A program made the position numbers and the translations under genes. Positions 11,208-19,492 of a stretch of DNA of 64,000 nucleotides are shown one piece after another (position 1 is the stretch's first letter; each line of letters starts with the position of its first letter). The DNA is from Sulfurospirillaceae bacterium. GTDB lineage: Bacteria; Campylobacterota; Campylobacteria; Campylobacterales; Sulfurospirillaceae. Location: NCBI GenBank assembly GCA_033723415.1, contig JAWVXD010000003.1:288001-352000 (forward strand), given 5' to 3'. The notes under the pieces are model-generated. The model was not told where the DNA came from, made no database searches, and saw only the letters and a list, made by a program, of their open reading frames with translations.

Positions 11208-11267
11208 AAAATATATTAGGAGCACTTATTAAAAAGATTGCTCCTAAAAATATTTATGGAGAAAGTT

Positions 11268-12665
11268 ATGAAGATACTGCTTTTTTTTATCTTTACATTC
11301 CTTCCTATTTTTGCACAAGATCAAATATATACTAATCTAAGCTTGGATAAAGCCATAAAGATTGTTAAGAAGGACAATCTAGAGATCGGTATAGCAAAAT
11401 TTGATGAAAGAATCAAAGATTTTGAGCATAAAATTGCTACAGGATACAATTACGGAAAACTGGATTTAATACAGCTTGCGCTGAGATCAAATGATGCGGG
11501 AAATGTTTTTGGATTTAAACTCGCCTCAAGAGAAGCAAGTTTTGCGGATTTTGGTTTCAATGAGTTCATATCTCAGATGGATACAATCACTCCGACTAGT
11601 CCTACTTTTGATGGTGGAAAAGCTATTTTGGCAACACAGCCAAATGATCTAAATTACCCGGCAGCTAGAAATTTCTTTCAAACAAAACTGAAATATGAGC
11701 TACCTATATATACTGGTGGTAAGCTTGAACAGTATGGAAATATCACCAATGCGCTCACAAAATTATCAGGTCTTGATACTGAAAAGATCACTAATGAGAA
11801 GATTTATCAGTTGAAAAAAAGTTATTTTAATATATATCTCTTGGATACCTATATTAGTAATTTAAATATTATAAAATCAAATATGGAACGATTAGAGAAT
11901 ATGGCAAAAAGCATGATAGAAGAAGGATATGCTAAAAAAGTAGATTTACTTGAAGTACAGGCAAAAAAGGCCAATGTGCTAAGAATGTTACATCAAGCAA
12001 AAGCAAACAAGGAATTAGTCTATGAATTTATATCTTTTTTATTAAATGCAGATGTTAAATCTATTACAGGTAGTTATAAAAATATAAGTCCTAGGAATTT
12101 GAGTACTGAAGAGATTTTAAATTCCAATATAGACATACAAAAAGCCAAACTTGGACTAAAGATCACAGATATGAATATTAAGCTGCAAGAATCGGCAAAT
12201 TTGCCACAAATAGGTGCTTTTGCAGAGTATTCCAGTGCAGATAAACAATTTCTAAATAATTTTTCTCAACATGATGCATATACGATAGGAATGCAGTTGA
12301 AATGGAATATTTTCAACGGTGGAGTGGATAAAAATAATATAGAAAAAGCAAGAGTTGAAAACCTCAAAACTAGGACTCAAATAGAGTTGGCTAAACGAGG
12401 GATAATTTTGCAAGTTGCCAAAATAAAAACAGAGATAGAAAATTTTGACTTTTCTATTGATAGTCTCAATAAAGAACTTGAATTATCTCGTACGATTTAT
12501 AAAAATTATCTAGGACGTTATCAGGAAAAACTTGTTTCCATCAATGATGTTATTATAAAACAATCTTTGGAGATAGAAAAAGTGTTAAAGTTAAAAGAGA
12601 CAGAAAATAAAAAAATTGATAAAGTACTTGAATTAGAGAAAATTGCAAACGGAGTAGGAATATGA
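11268..12665 (+). CDS. TolC family outer membrane efflux protein
   Basis: Signal peptide, LKYELPIYTGG and LKWNIFNGG beta-strand motifs, coiled helices; ATG at 11268 follows GGAG. Confidence 0.92.
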   Translation: MKILLFFIFTFLPIFAQDQIYTNLSLDKAIKIVKKDNLEIGIAKFDERIKDFEHKIATGYNYGKLDLIQLALRSNDAGNVFGFKLASREASFADFGFNEFISQMDTITPTSPTFDGGKAILATQPNDLNYPAARNFFQTKLKYELPIYTGGKLEQYGNITNALTKLSGLDTEKITNEKIYQLKKSYFNIYLLDTYISNLNIIKSNMERLENMAKSMIEEGYAKKVDLLEVQAKKANVLRMLHQAKANKELVYEFISFLLNADVKSITGSYKNISPRNLSTEEILNSNIDIQKAKLGLKITDMNIKLQESANLPQIGAFAEYSSADKQFLNNFSQHDAYTIGMQLKWNIFNGGVDKNNIEKARVENLKTRTQIELAKRGIILQVAKIKTEIENFDFSIDSLNKELELSRTIYKNYLGRYQEKLVSINDVIIKQSLEIEKVLKLKETENKKIDKVLELEKIANGVGI

Positions 12666-13462
12666 GAAAAATTTTTGTATATACGTGGATATTGTTAGTA
12701 TTATCTTCACAAATAATTGCTGCAAGTTTAAGTTTAAGCGGAAGTGTTATTTCTGATAATCAAAAGATGATAACTAGTAGGTATATGGGCTTTGTTACAG
12801 ACGTATTCGTATATGAGGGACAAAAAGTAAAAAAAGGTGATATCTTATATAAGATAGATACAAGAGAGATTGATAGTGCAAAAGCACAGGTTGAACTTGC
12901 TATTTCTCAAGCTCAATTAGCTTCTCAAATGTATGAGAATCAATACGATAATGTAAAATTAAATCTAGCAAGAAACAAAAGACTACTAAAAAAAGATATG
13001 GTTTCGAAGTTTGATGTAGAAAATCTTGAATTGGCAAAAAAGAATCTTGGAGATATGGTAAAGATATCAAAAGAACAAGTCAAGCAAGCACAAGCAAAGT
13101 TACAAGAAGTTCTAAATCAATATAAATATCTACAGATAAAAGCTCCAAATAATGGTGTAGTTATAGCAAAACATATAAAAGTTGGAGAGATGGCGATGCC
13201 TGGAATGCCGGCAATTATCTTATCAGACTTAAGTGACCTGAAAATTTCTACAGAGATTTCAGAAAGTAATTTAAAAGATGTGAAAATAGGAGATAAAGTT
13301 AGTGTTGAAGTTCCATCTGTATCACTTAAAAGTACAGGTATCATCTCTTCTATTATCCCAAGTTCAAATCCTTTGACCCATACATTTAAGCTAAAAATTA
13401 CATTTGATCAAAAAGGAAAAACGATTTTCCCTGGAATGTATGCGGTAATAAATCTCAAATAG
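12662..13462 (+). CDS. RND efflux periplasmic adaptor (membrane fusion protein)
   Basis: Lipoyl half-motifs (VYEGQKVKKGDIL, IKAPNNGVV), alpha-hairpin, C-terminal PGMYA. Confidence 0.93.
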   Translation: MRKIFVYTWILLVLSSQIIAASLSLSGSVISDNQKMITSRYMGFVTDVFVYEGQKVKKGDILYKIDTREIDSAKAQVELAISQAQLASQMYENQYDNVKLNLARNKRLLKKDMVSKFDVENLELAKKNLGDMVKISKEQVKQAQAKLQEVLNQYKYLQIKAPNNGVVIAKHIKVGEMAMPGMPAIILSDLSDLKISTEISESNLKDVKIGDKVSVEVPSVSLKSTGIISSIIPSSNPLTHTFKLKITFDQKGKTIFPGMYAVINLK

Positions 13463-13470
13463 GTATAAAA

Positions 13471-15108
13471 ATGGAAAACAATAACTATAAAGTGACTGAT
13501 ATAGCAGGAAGGCTTGCCAAAGCGTTCTTGCACAATCCTTTGACTCCTTTATTGGGAGTTTTTTTACTTCTTGTCGGATATTTGGCTTTGCAGATCACTC
13601 CACGAGAAGAAGATCCACAGATTGAGATCAGCGGTGGTGCCGTGATGGTTGCACTTCCTGGTGCAACTCCAAAGCAGATTGACAATATCATAGTAAAACC
13701 TCTAGAGAGAAAGATCAAAGAGATTAAAGGCGTTGAATACATTTACGGAATATCTGCTCCAAATGTAGGTATAGTAAACGTTGTATATTACATAGGTGAA
13801 AATAGAGAATCATCAAATCTAAAATTGTATGACAAAGTTATGCAAAATATGGATAAGCTGCCAAAAGATACTATGCAACCAATAGTCAAACCATTTGATA
13901 TAGATATAGATATCCCTATCGTATCTGTCGCTTTTTATCCAAAAGACGGTTCAAAGATCAGTAAAGTTGAATTATATAAAAAAGTAAAATATATACAAAA
14001 TAAATTAAATGCTATAGAAAATGTTGCAAAAACAACTCTCATAGGTGAAAAGAAACAGCAATTTAATGTACAGGTAGATTTAAATAAATTATCCGGATAC
14101 CATCTCTCTATGGGACAGATTGTCCAAGCATTGAAGTCTTTGGCAGTAAATGTCCCAGACGTAAAAGATCGGACAAAAGACGGGAAATTGGCTATATTTG
14201 GCGTAAAAAATGCGATAGAGAGTATAAAAGATGTGCAAAATCTTATAATCGCACAATACATGGGTTCTCCGATATATCTAAAAGATGTAGCCAGTGTAGA
14301 AAATGGATATGATATTCAAAATTTTAAAAGTGCCGAGATACTTTATAGAAAAAATGGAAAATTCTCGAAGAGTAAAAATCAGATTACTCTCACGTTGTCA
14401 AAATTAAAAGGTACTAATGCAGTTGTAATAGCAGATAAGATCACCGAGAAGCTAAAAGAACTAAAAAGTGAGTTGAGCAAAGATGGCATATCCTATACAG
14501 TGACAAGAAATTATGGTGAAAGAGCAAATGAAGCAGTCAACGAACTTGTATTTCATCTTCTTATATCCATAGTGATTATAGCACTTCTCTTAGTCTTTGT
14601 GCTAGGTTGGAAAGAGTCTATCATAGTTACTTTTACTGTTCCTGCAATATTGGCTGTTACTATTTTTGTGGCATTTTTAACGGGACAGACTATTAATAGG
14701 ATTACATTATTTGCATTTTTACTTAGTCTAGGACTTTTGGTAGATGCAGCAATCATAGTTATAGAAAATATACATCGACATTTGCACTCACATGATAGTG
14801 CAGATAAGGATATGGATGAGATACTGGTGGAAGCTACTGATGAAATAGGCGCACCAACAAATGTTGCAACTTTGGCAATCATTTTGACTATGGTACCTAT
14901 GGCATTTGTCGGACAGATGATGGGGCAGTTTATGAAACCTATACCTCAAAATGTTCCGGTCGCACTGTTTTCTTCTTTGGTGATAGCATACATATTTACA
15001 CCATATTTATCCAAGAAGCTCTTAAAAAAGCCAAAACTACATCATCATAAACATCATTTCCAAAAAGATAAGATAGAAGCAGAGGAGACGAATAATGAGA
15101 ATAATTGA
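13471..15108 (+). CDS. RND permease, N-terminal half (split AcrB-like transporter)
   Basis: TM1, PREEDPQI, periplasmic domain, INRITLFAFLLSLGLLVDAAIIVIENI (TM4); His-rich C-tail. Confidence 0.9.
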   Translation: MENNNYKVTDIAGRLAKAFLHNPLTPLLGVFLLLVGYLALQITPREEDPQIEISGGAVMVALPGATPKQIDNIIVKPLERKIKEIKGVEYIYGISAPNVGIVNVVYYIGENRESSNLKLYDKVMQNMDKLPKDTMQPIVKPFDIDIDIPIVSVAFYPKDGSKISKVELYKKVKYIQNKLNAIENVAKTTLIGEKKQQFNVQVDLNKLSGYHLSMGQIVQALKSLAVNVPDVKDRTKDGKLAIFGVKNAIESIKDVQNLIIAQYMGSPIYLKDVASVENGYDIQNFKSAEILYRKNGKFSKSKNQITLTLSKLKGTNAVVIADKITEKLKELKSELSKDGISYTVTRNYGERANEAVNELVFHLLISIVIIALLLVFVLGWKESIIVTFTVPAILAVTIFVAFLTGQTINRITLFAFLLSLGLLVDAAIIVIENIHRHLHSHDSADKDMDEILVEATDEIGAPTNVATLAIILTMVPMAFVGQMMGQFMKPIPQNVPVALFSSLVIAYIFTPYLSKKLLKKPKLHHHKHHFQKDKIEAEETNNENN

Positions 15109-16762
15109 AAAGATAATTTACTCTATATTAAACTCAAAATTTAAGAAATTTTTGGTTTTATTTATTACTCTTTTAGCTTTTGTAGGTTCTATAATGATGT
15201 TCCCGACAAAACTTGTACTAGCAAAAATGCTTCCAGGGAAAAGTGCAAATACTTATTCTATATATATTGATACTCCTGCTGGAAGTTCGATAGATCAAAC
15301 CAAGCAGGTAACTGAATGTATTAACGGCATATTAACAAAAGAGAAGCAGGTTACAGATATTGAGACTTATCTGGGCACAGGTTCTCCTCTTGATTATGCA
15401 GGATTGGTAAAAGGTTCTTCTTTTAAAATGGGAGAAAATGTTGCAGAAATGGTAGTCAATCTAACAAATAAAAAGAAGAGAAAAGAAAAATCCTATATGA
15501 TGGTTCACAGACTAAGGCCGGTTATTCAAAAAAACTGTGAAAATATCATCAAGGGCACGAACATAAAGATGATAGAACAGCCTGCAGGGCCTCCAACACT
15601 CGCATCTATAGTTGTCGAACTTTATGGCAATGATACTCATAAGATGAGAGTTATAGCCTCTCAGGTAGCCGATATTTTAAAACATACAAAGAATTTGGTC
15701 GATGTTGATATTATGCAAGACGCGATTTATAAAAAATATGAATTGAAAGTTGATAAGGAAAAAGTAATTCGCTCAGGATTGACAATAAAACAATTGAATC
15801 AAATCTTATATCTTGCATTTGAAGGTATGCAAATAGCAGTAAAGAACAGTGAACATTCGCCTGAGCAGATCCCATTGTTTGTTGTGCTAAGTAAAAAGAC
15901 AAAAGAACTTAATAATCTGACAAAAGAAGATCTAGAAGCTAAACTTTCGTCATTAAAACTGATGAATAAGCAAGGTATGATGATACCTGTAAATGAACTT
16001 GTTACTCCTGTCGAAGTCAACTCTAATCCTACAATCATGTCAAAAAATTTGAGAAAAATGGTTAATATTACAGCCGAAACAGATTTGGTTTCTCAAGTAT
16101 ATCCATTGCTTGAAGCGAGAAGTAAGATGAAAGAATACTTTAGTAAGAATTATGATGTCACAGACACTCATCTTTTCAATTTGAGATTAAAAGATAAAAA
16201 AACAGGAGAAGTGTTTGATCTAAATTGGGATGGCGAAATGAAAGTGACCATGGATACTTTTAGAGATCTTGGCGGTGCTTTTATAGCAGCATTAATTTTA
16301 ATATTTTTGCTGATGGTCATCTACTACAAAAGCTTTGCATTAAGCGGAATTATTCTATTAGGAAGTTTTTTATCTATTATCGGAGTTATTGTTGGACACT
16401 GGATTATGAATGTTTTTACAACAGATACATTTTTCCTTACAGCGACATCTCTCATTGGCTTTATTGCCCTTATGGGTATAAGCTCTAGAAATTCACTGCT
16501 ACTTATAGATTTTGCTATTGGGCTAGTCGCAAAAGGTGTTCCTAAGAGAAAAGCAATAGCTTCAGCGACAGCAACAAGATCAAAACCGATCTTTTTAACA
16601 GCAGCAGCGATTATTTTGGCTAGTACTTTGTTAGCAAAAGATCCGATATTTGGAGGATTAGGAGTTGCACTGATATTCGGTACTATTGTAGCAGTAATAG
16701 TATCACTTGTGGTAGTTCCTGTACTTATGGATAATACAAAAGCTATAAAAGAAGAAGAGTGA
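15095..16762 (+). CDS. RND permease, C-terminal half (split AcrB-like transporter)
   Basis: Own AGGAG RBS at 15083-15087; GFIALMGISSRNSLLLIDF and RSKPIFLT motifs. Confidence 0.9.
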   Translation: MRIIEKIIYSILNSKFKKFLVLFITLLAFVGSIMMFPTKLVLAKMLPGKSANTYSIYIDTPAGSSIDQTKQVTECINGILTKEKQVTDIETYLGTGSPLDYAGLVKGSSFKMGENVAEMVVNLTNKKKRKEKSYMMVHRLRPVIQKNCENIIKGTNIKMIEQPAGPPTLASIVVELYGNDTHKMRVIASQVADILKHTKNLVDVDIMQDAIYKKYELKVDKEKVIRSGLTIKQLNQILYLAFEGMQIAVKNSEHSPEQIPLFVVLSKKTKELNNLTKEDLEAKLSSLKLMNKQGMMIPVNELVTPVEVNSNPTIMSKNLRKMVNITAETDLVSQVYPLLEARSKMKEYFSKNYDVTDTHLFNLRLKDKKTGEVFDLNWDGEMKVTMDTFRDLGGAFIAALILIFLLMVIYYKSFALSGIILLGSFLSIIGVIVGHWIMNVFTTDTFFLTATSLIGFIALMGISSRNSLLLIDFAIGLVAKGVPKRKAIASATATRSKPIFLTAAAIILASTLLAKDPIFGGLGVALIFGTIVAVIVSLVVVPVLMDNTKAIKEEE

Positions 16763-16770
16763 TCAATTTA

Positions 16771-16793
16771 AGAGATGGCTTCATGCCATCTCT
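16771..16793. terminator. Probable bidirectional terminator hairpin
   Basis: agagatggc-ttcat-gccatctct between the convergent RND C-half and a small minus-strand ORF. Confidence 0.7.
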
Positions 16794-16941
16794 ATCTTCT
16801 TAATGAACTTTTTACTTTTTTTACAAATTTAAAAATACCTTTATAAACATTACACAATACTGCTTCAAGTTGATTTTGCATTAACAAACAATCATAAACT
16901 TCACTCAAATCATTTTTTTCTTTTATTGTTAAATTAATCAT
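16792..16941 (-). CDS. Unannotated 49-aa hypothetical protein
   Basis: AGGAGG 6 nt before ATG; MINLTIKEKNDLSEVYDCLLMQNQLEAVLCNVYKGIFKFVKKVKSSLRR; stop runs into the terminator hairpin. Confidence 0.65.
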   Translation of the reverse strand: MINLTIKEKNDLSEVYDCLLMQNQLEAVLCNVYKGIFKFVKKVKSSLRR

Positions 16942-17059
16942 TAAAACCCTCCTGCTAATTTTATATATTGTACAAAAAATACTATTAAATATATATTAAA
17001 CAGTATATAATATATGAAATAACGTATAAAATATAGTATAAAGTAGTTAAATATATTTT

Positions 17060-17103
17060 TAATATTATAAAATATACGTTTTTACGTATATTTTATAATA
17101 TTA
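17060..17103. repeat. Perfect 20-bp-arm inverted repeat
   Basis: taatattataaaatatacgt-tttt-acgtatattttataatatta. Confidence 0.9.
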
Positions 17104-17173
17104 TTACATTATGAATTTATATAGTTTTATATTTAATGGATATAAGATTGTGACAGGAGTATTGGATTGAGAG

Positions 17174-17338
17174 TTATTTTTTTTGCTGATTTTGTATTTT
17201 TTGTCTATATAAGGATGCACTAGTATTGTTTGCTATATCTTTTTGAATAAAATATAATGTAATAACACCGAAAATAACAAATAAGGTCAAGATTCCCGTA
17301 ACTAAATATATATTTAGGTATTCTTTATTTTTAAACAT
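17174..17338 (-). CDS. Unannotated 54-aa single-pass membrane protein
   Basis: AAGGAG RBS; MFKNKEYLNIYLVTGILTLFVIFGVITLYFIQKDIANNTSASLYRQKIQNQQKK. Confidence 0.65.
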   Translation of the reverse strand: MFKNKEYLNIYLVTGILTLFVIFGVITLYFIQKDIANNTSASLYRQKIQNQQKK

Positions 17339-17371
17339 ATTGCTCCTTTCAGTGGTTATGTTATTATATCC

Positions 17372-17400
17372 TAAAATAAGATATGTTTTATCTTATTTTA
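17372..17400. promoter_or_regulatory. 12-bp-arm inverted repeat in the divergent promoter region (small ORF / efp)
   Basis: taaaataagata-tgttt-tatcttatttta. Confidence 0.5.
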
Positions 17401-17469
17401 ACATTATAGTTAAAAATTATAATACTACTTTTAATTATTTCTATAGTTTGGATTGTTTCAACATATTTT

Positions 17470-17478
17470 TGATATAAT
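17470..17478 (+). promoter_or_regulatory. Extended -10 promoter of efp
   Basis: TGaTATAAT, then GAGGAG RBS before the ATG at 17505. Confidence 0.65.
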
Positions 17479-17504
17479 ATATCCACTAAATTTGAGGAGA
17501 ATTA

Positions 17505-18068
17505 ATGGCAACATATTCGATGGGTGATTTAAAAAAAGGCTTAAAAATAGAACTAAACGGGGTTCCTTACAAGATAACTGAGTATCAACACGTTAAGCCT
17601 GGAAAAGGTGCAGCTTTTGTTAGAGTTAAGATAAAATCTTATGCAAACGGAAAAGTAATTGAAAAGACATTTCATGCGGGTGACAAATGCGAGGCTCCAA
17701 ACTTAGAAGATAAAACTATGCAGTATCTTTATGATGACGGCGAATTTATGCAATTTATGGATAATGTTACATATGAACAAATTGGCTTGACGAGAGATCA
17801 AGTCGGTGATGCTGCAAATTGGATAATTGACGGTATGAATGTGGATATGCTTTTTCACAATAATCAGCCAATAGGCGTAGATGCCCCTGCTGTTGTTGAA
17901 TTAAAGATAGTAGAAACACCACCAAATTTCAAAGGCGACTCACAAGGCGGGAAAAAACCTGCAACTTTAGAAAGCGGTGCTGTTGTTCAGATCCCTTTTC
18001 ATGTGCTAGAGGGTGAGACAATTAAAGTAGATACCGTTAGAGGTGAATATTTGGAGAGAGTTAAATAA
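17505..18068 (+). CDS. efp: Translation elongation factor P
   Basis: [26 protein letters not shown] motifs. Confidence 0.98.
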   Translation: MATYSMGDLKKGLKIELNGVPYKITEYQHVKPGKGAAFVRVKIKSYANGKVIEKTFHAGDKCEAPNLEDKTMQYLYDDGEFMQFMDNVTYEQIGLTRDQVGDAANWIIDGMNVDMLFHNNQPIGVDAPAVVELKIVETPPNFKGDSQGGKKPATLESGAVVQIPFHVLEGETIKVDTVRGEYLERVK

Positions 18069-18110
18069 TTTGAGGGCTCAATAAGATGCCCTTTATAGAA
18101 AGGATGTAAT

Positions 18111-18653
18111 ATGCCCAAAGTTTTATTACCATTAGCAAATGGCTTTGAAGAAATAGAAGCACTTAGTATAGTCGATGTTTTGCGTAGAGCAAATATAGAA
18201 GTTGTAACTGCAGCTATAGATAAGAAGCAAGTGATCGGTGCACATAATATAAGAGTTCAAGCCGACACTCATATACTTGATGTTAAAAGCACAGATTTTG
18301 ATATGATAGTTTTGCCAGGTGGTCTACCGGGAGCGACAAATCTTCAAAAAGATGAAAATGTTAAAAGGCTTTTGCAAGAGTTTAACAATGATAAAAAATA
18401 TATCGGTGCCATATGTGCTGCTCCAATAGCGTTAAAAAGTGCAGGAGTCTTGAAAAGTGCGTATACTTGTTATCCTTCTTTTGAAGATAATATAGGGAAA
18501 GATGGATATATCTCTGATAAAGATGTTGTGAGCGATGAAAATGTTATTACATCAAGAGGTCCTGCAACTGCCATGAAATTTGCTCTTGTAATAGTTGAAA
18601 AACTTTGTGGAGAAAAGCTGGCAAGTGATGTAAAACAGCAACTTCTTTTATGA
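18111..18653 (+). CDS. thiJ: DJ-1/ThiJ/YajL family glyoxalase/deglycase
   Basis: GFEEIEA, LPGG, GAICAAP, TSRGPATA motifs. Confidence 0.9.
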   Translation: MPKVLLPLANGFEEIEALSIVDVLRRANIEVVTAAIDKKQVIGAHNIRVQADTHILDVKSTDFDMIVLPGGLPGATNLQKDENVKRLLQEFNNDKKYIGAICAAPIALKSAGVLKSAYTCYPSFEDNIGKDGYISDKDVVSDENVITSRGPATAMKFALVIVEKLCGEKLASDVKQQLLL

Positions 18654-19492
18654 ATAAAAAAATAGAAATAGGAAAGATAAATATCCTACAGGTAGATAGG
18701 ATAGCAGATCCTGGATTATATCTGGTAGACGAAGAAGGTGAAAGTGTACTCTTGCCAAATGCATATGTCAGTGAAGATATGCAACTTGATGATATGTTGG
18801 AAGTTTTTATCTATACGGACTCGGAAGATAGGCTTATCGCTACGACTCTGAAGCCAAAGGCCATGCTTGATGAATTTGGTTATTTTGAAGTAGTGAGCGT
18901 AACAAATTTTGGTGCTTTTGTAGATTGGGGTTTGCCAAAAGATCTCTTCGTACCAAAAGCACTCCAAAAGATACCTTTGGAAGAGGGGATGAAGTTTGTT
19001 TTTAGGATTTGTTTAGATGAAGACACAAACAGGCTTGTCGGGGCACATAAGTTCAAAAAATATATCAGAAATGATATAGAAGAACTTGAAGTAAATCAAC
19101 GAGTAGAAATTATCATTCGTGAAAAGACTCCTCTTGGTTATAAAGTTATCGTGGATAATAAATATGAAGCAATGATCTTTCAAAATGAGATCTTTGAAGA
19201 TATTTGGATAGGTCAAAAAAAGATTGCTTATATTAAAAAAATAAGACCAGACAAAAAACTTGATATTTCGCTGCAGCCGATAGGTAAAGAAAACGAAAAC
19301 GTAGCAGTGCATAGGTTAGAAAAAGTATTAAGGTCAAATGGTGGAAGTATGCCATTTACTTATAAAAGCTCTTCTGAAGATATAAAAGAAGCTTTTGGAC
19401 TTAGTAAAAAGAACTATAAAAGAGCGCTAACCAAACTTTTGGAAGAAAAAATTATAACTCTGGATGAGAATACAATTTGCTTAAATCAGTAG
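18650..19492 (+). CDS. CvfB family S1 RNA-binding protein
   Basis: FIYTDSEDRLIAT, GAFVDWGLPKDLFVP, C-terminal winged helix FGLSKKNYKRAL. Confidence 0.88.
   Translation: MNKKIEIGKINILQVDRIADPGLYLVDEEGESVLLPNAYVSEDMQLDDMLEVFIYTDSEDRLIATTLKPKAMLDEFGYFEVVSVTNFGAFVDWGLPKDLFVPKALQKIPLEEGMKFVFRICLDEDTNRLVGAHKFKKYIRNDIEELEVNQRVEIIIREKTPLGYKVIVDNKYEAMIFQNEIFEDIWIGQKKIAYIKKIRPDKKLDISLQPIGKENENVAVHRLEKVLRSNGGSMPFTYKSSSEDIKEAFGLSKKNYKRALTKLLEEKIITLDENTICLNQ

Noticed and set aside
15060..15110. RND split as a pseudogene or sequencing frameshift
   Set aside because: The break falls between the two structural halves, the second ORF has its own RBS and ATG, and both halves are otherwise intact.
9196..17504. 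sqr-RND region as a mobile genomic island
   Set aside because: No integrase, transposase, tRNA target or flanking direct repeats seen, and coding composition looks like the neighbouring genes.
18073..18092. Hairpin after efp as a terminator
   Set aside because: Only a 5-bp stem with a large loop and short U-run; too weak to call.
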